This document shows positions 23,827 through 32,734 of a stretch of 36,223 nt of DNA, one piece after another. This DNA comes from Candidatus Paceibacter sp. (GTDB lineage: Bacteria > Patescibacteriota > Patescibacteriia > SG8-24 > DYFX01). Position 1 is the stretch's first letter, and every line of letters starts with the position of its first letter. The position numbers were made by a program, and so were the translations under genes. The notes beneath the pieces are model-generated. The model did not search any database. It was not told where the DNA came from and was given only the letters and a program-made list of their open reading frames with translations. The DNA is taken from assembly GCA_020724945.1 (NCBI GenBank), contig DYFX01000003.1, positions 1 to 36,223 on the forward strand, given 5' to 3'.

Positions 23827-23865
23827 ACGGCCGCCCTTGACGGGGCGGCCGTCTTGCGTTCTGCT
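23827..23865 (+). terminator. Hairpin after typA with TTGACG in the loop
   Basis: ACGGCCGCCC-TTGACG-GGGCGGCCGT; weak U-tract; TCTGCT 17 nt after the loop. Confidence 0.55.
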
Positions 23866-23882
23866 GTCATGCAGGAGGAAGC

Positions 23883-24410
23883 ATGAGACGGAAACCGAAG
23901 ACGCCCGAAGGGATGATCGTCGCCGCCACGACGCGCGAGGAACCGCCGCCGCGGCCCGATCCGACCGACACGCTCGCATGCGTCGGGGAGTCGGGCTGGA
24001 AGGTGAAGTTCGCCTGCGGTCACAAGGCGCCGAGGCGGTTCAAGATCGATTTCTACGGCGAGGTGCGCGAACCCGCCAAGGAGGTCCTCAAGCGGCGCGA
24101 GCGCTGCGGCCCGTGCGCCGCGGCATGGCTGAAGGACATCTCCATCCGCTGCGCGCTCTGCGGCTGCGCCATCCTCCCGGGCGAAGGCGTCGCGGCGTAT
24201 GCCGACGATCCTTCCTACAAGGAGGCGTGGAAGACGCGCATCGGCTCGGACAAGGACGGCGTCCTCGGATGCATGGGGTGGGACTGCTGCCCCTCCGGCG
24301 GCTTCTTCGCCGGACACTGGACGCTGGACGGGTTCCGCCCGGCCTACGCCCACGGCTCGGCCATGTCCGAGGCCATCGCCACCGGCAAGCCCGTCATCGG
24401 CAACGCCTGA
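23883..24410 (+). CDS. Cys-rich putative zinc-binding hypothetical protein
   Basis: CGH, CGPC, CALC and CMGWDCC motifs; AGGAGG SD; own terminator. Confidence 0.75.
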   Translation: MRRKPKTPEGMIVAATTREEPPPRPDPTDTLACVGESGWKVKFACGHKAPRRFKIDFYGEVREPAKEVLKRRERCGPCAAAWLKDISIRCALCGCAILPGEGVAAYADDPSYKEAWKTRIGSDKDGVLGCMGWDCCPSGGFFAGHWTLDGFRPAYAHGSAMSEAIATGKPVIGNA

Positions 24411-24440
24411 CCGCCCCGCACCACGGGCGGTCTTTTTCGT
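24409..24440 (+). terminator. Intrinsic terminator
   Basis: GACCGCCC-8 nt-GGGCGGTC followed by TTTTTCGT; starts within TGA. Confidence 0.8.
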
Positions 24441-24498
24441 CTCCGGCTTCGATGGACGAAAATGCGTCAGCTGACGCAAAACGGTACACGAGGGTTTC

Positions 24499-24527
24499 TT
24501 GACCCCGCACCCGTTTCCCCATAAAGT
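24499..24527 (+). promoter_or_regulatory. proS promoter (near-leaderless)
   Basis: TTGACC-17-TAAAGT, 9 nt before the ATG. Confidence 0.7.
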
Positions 24528-24536
24528 AGGCGTGCT

Positions 24537-25805
24537 ATGCGCTACTCCCACCTCTTCGGAAAGACTTCCAAGAACGCCCCGTCGGACGCCGATTCGCCGA
24601 ACGCCCGCCTGCTCGAGCAGGGCGGCTTCGTCGAGCATGTGATGGCCGGCGTCTATTCGTGGCTCCCGCTCGGGCTCTCCGTCCTCCGCAAGGTGGAGCA
24701 GATCGTCCGCGAGGAGATGGACGCGCTGGGCGGCCAGGAGATCTTCATGCCGTCGCTCCATCCGAAAGAGTACTGGGACACGACCGGCCGCTGGGACAAG
24801 GTCGACATCCTCTTCAAGCTGAAGTCGCAGACGGACAAGATGTACGCCCTCGGCTGCTCGCACGAGGAAGTCGTCACGCCGCTCGCGCAGAAGTTCACGC
24901 GCTCGTACAAGGAGCTGCCCTTCGCGCTCTACCAGATCAACACCAAGTTCCGCGACGAACTGCGCGCCAAGTCCGGCGTCCTGCGCGGCCGCGAGTTCCG
25001 GATGAAGGACATGTACAGCTTCCACACGGACCAGGCCGACCTGGAAGCGTTCTACGCGAAGGCGCTCGAGGCGTATGTCCGCGCCTTCAAGCGCTGCGGC
25101 CTCGATGTGAAGGTCGTGCAGGCTTCCGGCGGCATCTTCACCGACAAGATCTCGCATGAGTTCCAGGCGCTCACCGAATCCGGCGAGGACACCATCCTGG
25201 CCTGCGAGACCTGCCGTTTCGGCCAGAACCTCGAGGTCGCGACCCTCAAGGAAGGGGACGCCTGCCCCAACGGCGACGGCAAGCTCGTGAAGGTGAAGGG
25301 TATCGAGGTCGGCAACATCTTCGACCTCGGCACCAAATATTCGGACGCCTTCGGCTTCGACTTCATGAACGAGGAAGGCAAGCATGAGCGCATCCTGATG
25401 GGCTGCTACGGCATCGGCACCTCGCGCCTCGTCGGCGCCATCGTCGAGGCCTACAACGACGACAAGGGCATCGTCTGGCCCAAGGCCGTGGCGCCGTTCC
25501 ATGTCCATCTCGTGCCGCTCAAGTCGAAGGATGAGGAGAAGCGGAAGCTCATCGATGCGGCCGTCTCCGCGATCGAGACGGACCTTGCCGAGCGGCATAT
25601 CGAAGTCCTGGTCGACGACCGCGACAAGGGCGCCGGCGAGAAGTTCGCCGACGCGGACCTGATCGGCGCCCCGCTCCGCCTCGTGCTCTCCGAGAAGTCC
25701 CTCGCCGCCGGCGGCGTCGAATGGAAGGAGCGCGCCGCGGCCGAAGCCAAGAGCGCCCCGCTCGAGGGCCTCGGCGCCGAAATCGCGCGCTGGTTGAAAG
25801 CCTAG
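24537..25805 (+). CDS. proS: Proline--tRNA ligase (short form without a full editing domain)
   Basis: GVYSWLPLG, KFRDELR..GVLRGREF.MKD.YSF, IEVGNIF.LG, MGCYGIG, anticodon-binding domain. Confidence 0.95.
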   Translation: MRYSHLFGKTSKNAPSDADSPNARLLEQGGFVEHVMAGVYSWLPLGLSVLRKVEQIVREEMDALGGQEIFMPSLHPKEYWDTTGRWDKVDILFKLKSQTDKMYALGCSHEEVVTPLAQKFTRSYKELPFALYQINTKFRDELRAKSGVLRGREFRMKDMYSFHTDQADLEAFYAKALEAYVRAFKRCGLDVKVVQASGGIFTDKISHEFQALTESGEDTILACETCRFGQNLEVATLKEGDACPNGDGKLVKVKGIEVGNIFDLGTKYSDAFGFDFMNEEGKHERILMGCYGIGTSRLVGAIVEAYNDDKGIVWPKAVAPFHVHLVPLKSKDEEKRKLIDAAVSAIETDLAERHIEVLVDDRDKGAGEKFADADLIGAPLRLVLSEKSLAAGGVEWKERAAAEAKSAPLEGLGAEIARWLKA

Positions 25806-25812
25806 ATTCCCG

Positions 25813-25898
25813 AAGGCGGCCTTGACTGAAGGCCGCCTTTTTGGTTCAGTGGACGCAGTCTCGCCCTTCCGACCCGATCCACCTGCCAGGAGGATACG
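25813..25898 (+). terminator. proS terminator overlapping the promoter and leader of the next gene
   Basis: AAGGCGGCC-TTGACTGAA-GGCCGCCTT followed by TTT; TTGACT-17-TTCAGT with TG; GCCCTTCCGAC at 25863; AGGAGG at 25888. Confidence 0.65.
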
Positions 25899-26177
25899 AT
25901 GCGCCGATTGCTGCTCTGGATGTTCACCAGCACGCCGGAAACCGGCTTCTCCGAGCACCTGAACAAGATCGCCGCGCGGCTGATCCTGCTCATGACTCCG
26001 ATCCTGCTGACGCTCTACTGCGGAAGCGTGGGCTTCGGCTGGGGCGTCTGCGCCGGGATGCTCCTCTTCGCCGGCGCGGCCTTCATCAGCACGACCTGGT
26101 ACCGATGGAACGTGATCGAGGCTCCCCGGCTCGACGAGCTGGCCCGCGCCCGCGCGCTCCGCGGTCTCCGTCGCTGA
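25899..26177 (+). CDS. Small membrane protein (2 TM), hypothetical
   Basis: AGGAGG SD; two hydrophobic helices. Confidence 0.65.
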   Translation: MRRLLLWMFTSTPETGFSEHLNKIAARLILLMTPILLTLYCGSVGFGWGVCAGMLLFAGAAFISTTWYRWNVIEAPRLDELARARALRGLRR

Positions 26178-26216
26178 ACGCAAAACGCCCCAGCATCGTC
26201 GGAGCGTCTTTTCTTT

Positions 26217-26501
26217 TTACGCCTTGCCCTTCAGCGAGTCCTTGAGCGTCTTTCCGGCCTTGAACTTCGGGACGCGGACTTCGGGGATGGTGATCTTCTC
26301 GGTGGGGTTCTGCGGGTTCACGCCCATGCGCGAGGCGCGCGTGCGGGCGGAGAAGGCGCCGAAGCCGGCGATCGTGACCTCGCCGCCGTTCTTGAGCTCG
26401 GCGATGATGAGGTCCGTCAGCGTCTCGACGATCTCTTCGCCGCGCTTCTTGGGGAGGTCGAGCTTCTCGGCGAGCTTCACGGCCAATTCGGCTTTGTTCA
26501 T
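26217..26501 (-). CDS. hup: HU family DNA-binding protein
   Basis: MNKAEL, GFGAF, R.GVNPQ, VPKFKAGK.LK. Confidence 0.96.
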   Translation of the reverse strand: MNKAELAVKLAEKLDLPKKRGEEIVETLTDLIIAELKNGGEVTIAGFGAFSARTRASRMGVNPQNPTEKITIPEVRVPKFKAGKTLKDSLKGKA

Positions 26502-26505
26502 ATGT

Positions 26506-27306
26506 TTACTCGATGATCTTTTGAATCTGGACGATCTTCACGGCCTTGCCGTCTTCTCCGACGGTCACGGCGACCGCGTTCAGGTCGACGGGGCCGGCCT
26601 CGGGGATCTCGAAGGCCTTCGCCTCGCCTTCGACGAACCGGCTGATCGGCCCTTCCGGCTCGACGCCGAGGATGGAGTGGCGCGCGCCGGTCATGCCGAT
26701 GTCGGTCAGGTAGGCGGTGCCCTTCGGCAGGATGCGGGCGTCGGCGGTCGGCACATGGGTGTGCGTGCCGGTCACCGAGGAGACGCGTCCGTCGAAGTGG
26801 ATGCCGAAGGCGATGCGCTCGGAGGTCGCCTCGCCGTGGAGATCCACGATGATGGCGTCGAGCTTCTCGCCCGCATGCCGCTTCAGGACGGATTCCATGG
26901 CGACGAAGGGGCTGCCGTACGGCTCGCCCATGAAGACCTGGCAGATCAAGTTTACCACGAGGACCCGTTTTTCGCCAAGTGTTAGCGTTTTTTCGCCGTC
27001 GCCGGCCGTCCCTTCGGGGAAGTTGGCGGGGCGGATGAGGAGATCCTTGAGCTCGGGGTCGGCCCAGACATCGTGCGGACCCTTCTGGTTCGAGAAGATA
27101 TGGTTGCCGGAGGTGAAGAAGTCCACCCCTGCGGCGTGCAGTTCGGCGATGATGGGGCGCGTCACGCCCTTGCCGTGCGCGAGGTTCTCGGCGTTCACGA
27201 TCGTCAGGTCGGGATTGAACTCCTCCTTCAAACGAGGAAGCGCTCGTTTGAGCGCTTCGCGTCCGATCTTGCCGACGACATCTCCGAAGACGAGGAATGT
27301 CATCAT
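26506..27306 (-). CDS. ymdB: YmdB-family metallophosphoesterase
   Basis: GDVVG, NAEN, GNH, RPAN, DLHGEATSE, GTHTH; downstream of rny. Confidence 0.92.
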   Translation of the reverse strand: MMTFLVFGDVVGKIGREALKRALPRLKEEFNPDLTIVNAENLAHGKGVTRPIIAELHAAGVDFFTSGNHIFSNQKGPHDVWADPELKDLLIRPANFPEGTAGDGEKTLTLGEKRVLVVNLICQVFMGEPYGSPFVAMESVLKRHAGEKLDAIIVDLHGEATSERIAFGIHFDGRVSSVTGTHTHVPTADARILPKGTAYLTDIGMTGARHSILGVEPEGPISRFVEGEAKAFEIPEAGPVDLNAVAVTVGEDGKAVKIVQIQKIIE

Positions 27307-27312
27307 ACGGGT

Positions 27313-28842
27313 CTAGCGCGCGTATTCGATCGCGCGCATCTCGCGGATGACGTTGATCTTGATCTCGCCGGGGTACTGGAGCTCCTGCTCGCACTTCTTG
27401 GCGATGTCCTTGGCGAGCTGCCAGGCGCCGAGGTCGTCGATGCGCTGGGGGGAGACGAAGACGCGGATCTCGCGGCCGGCCTGGATGGCGTAGGCGCGGT
27501 CGACGGCTTCGAAGGAGGTGGCGACCTTCTCGAGGTCCTCGAGGCGCCGGACATAGTTCTCGAGCGTGTCCTTGCGGGCGCCGGGGCGCGATCCGGAGAT
27601 GGCGTCGGCGGCCTTGCAGAGGTAGCCCTCGATGTTGCGCGGCCGGTCCTCGTGGTGCGAGAGCGAGTGGTAGGCGATCTCCTCGGGGAAGCCGAACTTC
27701 TTCATGATGTTGTAGCCGATCTCCGGGTGGGCGCCGGGGACATCATGGTCGACGGCCTTGCCGACATCGTGGAAGAGCCCGCCCTTGAGCAGGACCGCGG
27801 CGTCGGCGCCGACTTCCTTGGCGAGGAAGTTGCCGATCAGCGCGACCTCGATGGAGTGGCGCAGGACATTCTGGCCGTAGGAGGTGCGGTACTTCAGGCG
27901 GCCGAGGATGGAGATGAGCTTGGGGTCGACCGAGCCCAGCGGGATGCCGCACTCGATCATGGCGTCCTCGCCGGCCTTCTTGATGTCGAGCGCGAGCGTG
28001 CGCTTGGCCTCCTCGATGGCCTCCTCGATCTTGGTCGGCTGGATGCGGCCGTCCTTGATGAGGCTCTCGAGCGCGAGGCGGGCGACCTGGCGGCGGATGG
28101 GGGAGAAGCCGGAGACCGTGATGGCGTTCGGCGTGTCGTCGACGATGATCTCGGTGCCGGTCAGCTGCTCGAGCGACTTGATGTTGCGGCCCTCCTTGCC
28201 GATGATGCGGCCCTTCATGTCGTCGGAGGGGAGCTGGACCTGGGTCGTGGTCGTCTCGGCGCAGTGCGAGGAGGCGACGCGGGAGATGACGGCGGAGAGG
28301 ATGTTGCGGGCCTTCGTCTCGTACTCGTCGGTGCCGGCGCGCTCGATCTTGCGGATGCGCGAGAGGATCTCGTCCTGGGCCTCGTCCTCGATGGCCTTGA
28401 AGAGCTGCTCCTTGGCGACTTCGCGGGGGAGTTCGGCGACCTTCTCGAGCTTCTCGCGCATGTCCGCCTTGAGCCGCTCGATCTCGGCCTTGGCGGCCTC
28501 GATCTCCTTGGCATGCTCGTCGCTCTTCCGGGTCTTCTCCTGGAGCTCGAGAAGCTGCTTGTCGAACATCGATTCGCGCTTCTCGAGGCGCTGCTGGACG
28601 GCGTTCAGCTCCTTGCGGCGCTCGGCCTCGTCGCGCTTGGCCTCGTCGAGCATCTGGACGGACTTCTTCTTGGCCTGGAGCTCGATCTCCTGGGCCTTGG
28701 CCTTGGCGTCGTTCACGGTCGCCTCGGCCTTGGCTTCGGCGGACGCGATCTTGTCGGCGGTGACTTTCTTTTGGATGTAATAGCCGGCGCCCAGACCGAC
28801 CGCCAAGGCGGCCAGGGCGAGGAGCAACAACGGGACGGACAT
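27313..28842 (-). CDS. rny: Ribonuclease Y
   Basis: N-terminal TM, coiled coil, KH domain (KGRIIGKEGRNI), HD domain (HDVGK), AIQAGRE. Confidence 0.97.
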   Translation of the reverse strand: MSVPLLLLALAALAVGLGAGYYIQKKVTADKIASAEAKAEATVNDAKAKAQEIELQAKKKSVQMLDEAKRDEAERRKELNAVQQRLEKRESMFDKQLLELQEKTRKSDEHAKEIEAAKAEIERLKADMREKLEKVAELPREVAKEQLFKAIEDEAQDEILSRIRKIERAGTDEYETKARNILSAVISRVASSHCAETTTTQVQLPSDDMKGRIIGKEGRNIKSLEQLTGTEIIVDDTPNAITVSGFSPIRRQVARLALESLIKDGRIQPTKIEEAIEEAKRTLALDIKKAGEDAMIECGIPLGSVDPKLISILGRLKYRTSYGQNVLRHSIEVALIGNFLAKEVGADAAVLLKGGLFHDVGKAVDHDVPGAHPEIGYNIMKKFGFPEEIAYHSLSHHEDRPRNIEGYLCKAADAISGSRPGARKDTLENYVRRLEDLEKVATSFEAVDRAYAIQAGREIRVFVSPQRIDDLGAWQLAKDIAKKCEQELQYPGEIKINVIREMRAIEYAR

Positions 28843-28848
28843 AGGGTG

Positions 28849-29030
28849 ATAGTCCGTCGCTCCGATCCTGGTTGTTCGAGCGTCGAAAAGCCGGAAAGCC
28901 TTAGGCTTTCTTCTGTGCGCGCGCGGATTCTCTCATTTCTACCGGAAACTGGGGCAAAAGTCGCATGGGGGTGGGGCGCAGCTCTTCGGGCTCAACCGGG
29001 ACGGAACGAGCGGATCGCTAATGATGAACT
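28849..29030 (-). ncRNA. ~180-nt rod-shaped structured RNA upstream of rny; candidate 6S RNA or rny leader
   Basis: Promoter TTGCCG-17-TATGGT with extended TG; long interrupted complementarity between 29014-28981 and 28891-28853, with G-U pairs valid only on the minus strand. Confidence 0.55.
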
Positions 29031-29081
29031 GGTTCGACCATATCACGGGGAGGTGCCTCCGGCAAGGTGTATACTGCCCCC

Positions 29082-30590
29082 ATGATGAAACGCCCGTATT
29101 CGCTGGTCTTCGCGCTTTCCGCCGCCTTTTTCGCGTGGATCCACTTCGTTCCGGGCTTCGGCGACCCCGACGCCTACTACCATCTGCGGATGACGCGCCT
29201 GACGATGGAGTCCGGGCCCGTCGCGGCCTTCCCGTGGCTGCCGCAGACCACGCTCGCCGACGCGTTCGCCGACCATCACTTCCTCTATCACATCGCGCTC
29301 GCGCCCTTCCTCGCCGCGTTCGGGGATTTCCACGGAGCGAAGATCGCCACGGTCGTCTTCGCGGCGCTCGCGGTCGTCGCCGTCGCATACCTCCTGAAGG
29401 GCTATGGCGTGCGGCGGCCGCATCTTTGGGCGCCGCTCCTGTTCTTCGCTCCGGGATTCGTCTTCCGGCTGCTGCTCACCAAGGCCACCGCGCTCGCGCT
29501 CGCCGCGCTCTGCCTCTTCCTCGTCGCGCTCCGGCGCCGGCATCGCGGCGCGGCGTTCGCGATCGCCTTCGCGTATGTCTGGCTGCATGGCGGGTGGCCG
29601 CTCCTTCTCGTGGCCGCTGCGATCGACGCGCTCGTGCGCCGCTCGGCGCGGATGTTCGTCGCGACCGCGCTCGGATCGGCGGCCGGACTCGTCCTGAACC
29701 CGTTCTTTCCGGCGAACCTCCTCTTCTACGGCGAGCAGATCCTGCAGATCGCCGTGCTCGGGCGCCCCGATCCCGCCGTGCTCGTCGGCGACGAGTGGTA
29801 TCCGCGCGAGTTCGCGACGATCTTCATCGGGAACATCGGCGCGTTCCTGCCGATGCTCGCCGCCGCGGCCGCCGCGGCCGCCGCCGTGCTGACCGGCGCG
29901 CGCCCGCGCCCCGTGCGCGTCGACCTGTCGCGGCGCTTCGACATGCTTTTCGCCGGATCGTTCGCCGCGATCCTGCTGCTCATGACGCTCCGCCAGGCGC
30001 GGCATCAGGAGTACCTCGTGCCGATGGCCCTCCTCGCCGGCGCGCTCGTCGCGGAGACGGCGCTCGCCGCCATCGACCTGCGCGCGCTCGCCGCGCGGGC
30101 GAAGGCGCGGTTCGGCCGCGCGGCCGTCCCGGCGACGGCGGCGCTCGTCGTGGCGTGCGCGGCCGCCGCCGTCTGGCTGCTCTGGATCCCGCGCCGTTCC
30201 TACGAGGATCGTCCGCCGGCGTCGCGGTACGCCGATGCCGGCGCTTGGGTGCGCGCACATGTGCCGGCGGGGGAGACGATCTTCCACGCGCGCTGGGACG
30301 ATTTCCCCCAGCTCTGGTACCGCTCTCCGGAGCATCGCTACATCGCCGGCCTCGACGCGCTCTTCTCCTACCGCAAGGATCCGGCGAAGTACTGGCTCTG
30401 GCGCGACATCGGCGAAGGCCGCCGCCGCGAAGGGCTGGCCGAGCTGATCGTCGAGGAGTTCGGCGCGCGGCATGTCTTCCTGCGCATGGGCCCCGACCCG
30501 CTCCGTTCGCTCATCAAAAAAGACCCGTCGTTCGAACGGGTCTACGCGGACATCGAGGCGGAGGTCTGGAGGATCAGAGACGCACGATGA
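29082..30590 (+). CDS. GT-C fold membrane glycosyltransferase, STT3/AglB-like
   Basis: More than 10 TM segments; DPDAYYHLR after TM1; DEW in a loop; ARWDDFP in the C-terminal soluble domain; start ATG 6 nt after TATACT. Confidence 0.65.
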   Translation: MMKRPYSLVFALSAAFFAWIHFVPGFGDPDAYYHLRMTRLTMESGPVAAFPWLPQTTLADAFADHHFLYHIALAPFLAAFGDFHGAKIATVVFAALAVVAVAYLLKGYGVRRPHLWAPLLFFAPGFVFRLLLTKATALALAALCLFLVALRRRHRGAAFAIAFAYVWLHGGWPLLLVAAAIDALVRRSARMFVATALGSAAGLVLNPFFPANLLFYGEQILQIAVLGRPDPAVLVGDEWYPREFATIFIGNIGAFLPMLAAAAAAAAAVLTGARPRPVRVDLSRRFDMLFAGSFAAILLLMTLRQARHQEYLVPMALLAGALVAETALAAIDLRALAARAKARFGRAAVPATAALVVACAAAAVWLLWIPRRSYEDRPPASRYADAGAWVRAHVPAGETIFHARWDDFPQLWYRSPEHRYIAGLDALFSYRKDPAKYWLWRDIGEGRRREGLAELIVEEFGARHVFLRMGPDPLRSLIKKDPSFERVYADIEAEVWRIRDAR

Positions 30591-30960
30591 GCGTCACGAC
30601 GCCGGAGCGGCGCGCCTCGTCGTGCCAGCGCCAGGCGCGCTCGCAGTCGAGGCCGCGCATGGCCAGGTAGCCGGCGCAACAACCCCAGACGGCGGCCGCC
30701 ACATCGGCGGAAAGGTCGTCGTCCTTGGTGTCGACGAGATCGATCGTCGCGCGGTCGGCGCCGTCGAGGACCGCGTCGCGCAGGCCATCGAACACGCGAT
30801 CGAGGTAGGGGACGGCGAAACCGTTCCCCGCCTTCTCGAACTCCGCGGGCGCGTCGTCGCGCAGGGGCTTGAGGTGAAGCTCGACTTCCTTGGCGAGCTT
30901 GGCGCGGACCGATCGGCAGCCGTTGCGGATGCCCGTGAGCGTCGTGCGGATCTGCGGCAT
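30574..30960 (-). CDS. Hypothetical protein
   Basis: Own promoter TTGACG(31033)-17-TACGCT with extended TG, and AAGGAG SD. Confidence 0.65.
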   Translation of the reverse strand: MPQIRTTLTGIRNGCRSVRAKLAKEVELHLKPLRDDAPAEFEKAGNGFAVPYLDRVFDGLRDAVLDGADRATIDLVDTKDDDLSADVAAAVWGCCAGYLAMRGLDCERAWRWHDEARRSGVVTLIVRL

Positions 30961-31033
30961 GAAGGATCTCCTTGTCGTCCGGGTGATCCGGAAAGCGACG
31001 CAGGAGCGTAGCAGGGATCCGCCGCCGCGTCAA

Positions 31034-31699
31034 TCAGGGCGTGAAGAGGCGTTCCGGCGCGACGCCTTCTTTCGTCACCGCGTCCTTCACGTCGAAGCTC
31101 CCGATGCGCGTGCGCCGCAGTTCCTCCAGGTACGCGCCGCAGCCGAGCGCCCTGCCGATGTCGTCTGCGAGCGCGCGGATGTAGGTGCCGCTCGAGACGC
31201 GCGTGCGGATCTTGGCGATGGGCCAGGCGTAGTCGGCGAGCGAGAGCTCGTGGATCGTCACGCGGACGGGTTTCCGCTCGATTTCCTTCCCCTCGCGCGC
31301 CAGTTCATACAATTTCTTGCCGCCGACCTTCTTGGCGGAGTACATCGGCGGCACTTGGTCGATCTCGCCGCGGAACTTTTCCAGCGCGGCTTCGAACGCC
31401 TCGCGGGAAACCGGCGCGCAATCCTTTCGTTCGGTGACGGCGCCCGTGCGGTCCATCGTGTCGCTCGTCGCGCCGAGGCGGAGCGTCGCTTCGTAGGTTT
31501 TGTCGAGGCCGACGAACCGGGAAATCTCCTTCGTCATCTTCCCGACGGCCAGGATGAGGAGTCCTGAAGCGAACGGATCGAGCGTTCCCGCGTGGCCGAT
31601 CTTCCGGGTGCGCAAAACGCGCCGCGCGGCGTCGACGATGTCGTGCGAGGTCGGGCCGACGGGCTTGTCGATCAGCAGGAATCCGGAGGGGGCGTCCAT
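31034..31699 (-). CDS. truB: tRNA pseudouridine(55) synthase TruB (short form)
   Basis: IDKP.G.TSHD, KIGHAGTLDP, QVPPMYSA, SSGTYIR, L.ELRRT. Confidence 0.96.
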   Translation of the reverse strand: MDAPSGFLLIDKPVGPTSHDIVDAARRVLRTRKIGHAGTLDPFASGLLILAVGKMTKEISRFVGLDKTYEATLRLGATSDTMDRTGAVTERKDCAPVSREAFEAALEKFRGEIDQVPPMYSAKKVGGKKLYELAREGKEIERKPVRVTIHELSLADYAWPIAKIRTRVSSGTYIRALADDIGRALGCGAYLEELRRTRIGSFDVKDAVTKEGVAPERLFTP

Positions 31700-31702
31700 A
31701 GG

Positions 31703-31771
31703 TTGACAATCTGGGATTTCGTGCTAGGTTGAGCTTAGTCCGCCCCGCCCTTTCAGACAACAGGAGGCCCC
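31703..31771 (+). promoter_or_regulatory. sigma70 promoter, boxA-like element and SD
   Basis: TTGACA-16-TAGGTT with extended TG; GCCCTTTCAGA at 31747; AGGAGG at 31762. Confidence 0.6.
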
Positions 31772-32662
31772 ATGAGTTCCGAGGAGAACAAGAAGCCTCC
31801 CGGCAACGGGGGGCCGCGCGTGCTCGGCGACGCGCCGGACGACGCTTGCGAGATCGTGATCGACTGCGAACCGCCCGCGCTCATGCTCACCTCGAAGGCC
31901 AAGCAGGCCCACGAGGAGCTGCGCGACATCATGCGCGAGCGGAAGGACCGCTGGTTCACCGCCTTCGCGCGGAATCTCGCCCGCAACGGCAAGAAGCTCC
32001 CGCGCATCATCGTGCATGTCGTGACCGGCGGCGTCGTGACCATCGCGGTCACGGCCGCGACCGGCGACCCCGTGACCGGCCTGGCCGCCGGCACGGCGGT
32101 CGGCGTCACCGGTCCGCCGGCGCTCTCGACCACGCGCCTGCGCCGCAGCCGCCTCGCCGAGCACCGCCGTTCCTACCCCGATGTCCCGGAGTTCCACGAT
32201 CTCTGGGCGGTCACCGCCTACGAGTTTTGCCTCATCGTCCGCGGCTACGAGCTGCGACAGCAGGCCATCCACCGCCTCCGCAAGCTCGCGCGCCAGTTCC
32301 GGCATGACGAGCGGCGGGCCGCCGCGGCGCTCCGCACGGCCGACGGGTTCGCGAACTTGCTGTGCGGCTATTACGCCGACCTGGTCGAGATCGATCGCGT
32401 GCTCCTCGAGTATCAGGACGATTCCATCGAACGGTACGCCGACGAGGAAGGCCAGGCCGCCATCCGGCAGATCCAGCCCTTGAAGGAAGGACAGTACGAC
32501 TGGCTCATCCTCGAGCCGGAAGTCATCGTCCCCGGCAAGGAGCAGGAGCTGCTCGAGCGCGACCTCCAGGAGATCGCGAGCTACCGCGACATGGCCGATG
32601 CCATCGACCCGTACGAGGCCATGCGCCGCGAACAGGAAGAGCACGAAGGTTCCGAAGACTGA
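31772..32662 (+). CDS. Hypothetical protein with a Gly/Ala/Thr-rich hydrophobic hairpin and helical C-terminus
   Basis: Strong SD, own promoter and terminator. Confidence 0.7.
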   Translation: MSSEENKKPPGNGGPRVLGDAPDDACEIVIDCEPPALMLTSKAKQAHEELRDIMRERKDRWFTAFARNLARNGKKLPRIIVHVVTGGVVTIAVTAATGDPVTGLAAGTAVGVTGPPALSTTRLRRSRLAEHRRSYPDVPEFHDLWAVTAYEFCLIVRGYELRQQAIHRLRKLARQFRHDERRAAAALRTADGFANLLCGYYADLVEIDRVLLEYQDDSIERYADEEGQAAIRQIQPLKEGQYDWLILEPEVIVPGKEQELLERDLQEIASYRDMADAIDPYEAMRREQEEHEGSED

Positions 32663-32663
32663 C

Positions 32664-32725
32664 CCCCGCCCGCGGCGCCGCGGCGGGGCTTTTTCATTGA
32701 CAGATATGCGGAAGTCCCGTATCCT
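32664..32725 (+). promoter_or_regulatory. Terminator followed by the infB promoter (near-leaderless)
   Basis: CCCCGCC..GGCGGGG followed by CTTTTT; TTGACA(32697)-17-TATCCT(32720), 9 nt before the ATG. Confidence 0.75.
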
Positions 32726-32734
32726 CCGACATAC

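Noticed and set aside
30574-30590. 17-nt convergent overlap between the glycosyltransferase and a hypothetical gene
   Set aside because: Short 3' overlaps are common in compact genomes, and nothing else points to antisense regulation.
24537-31699. Short ProS (no full editing domain) and short TruB (no C-terminal domain) as pseudogenes
   Set aside because: All catalytic motifs are intact and there are no frameshifts. Such compact forms are known in reduced genomes.
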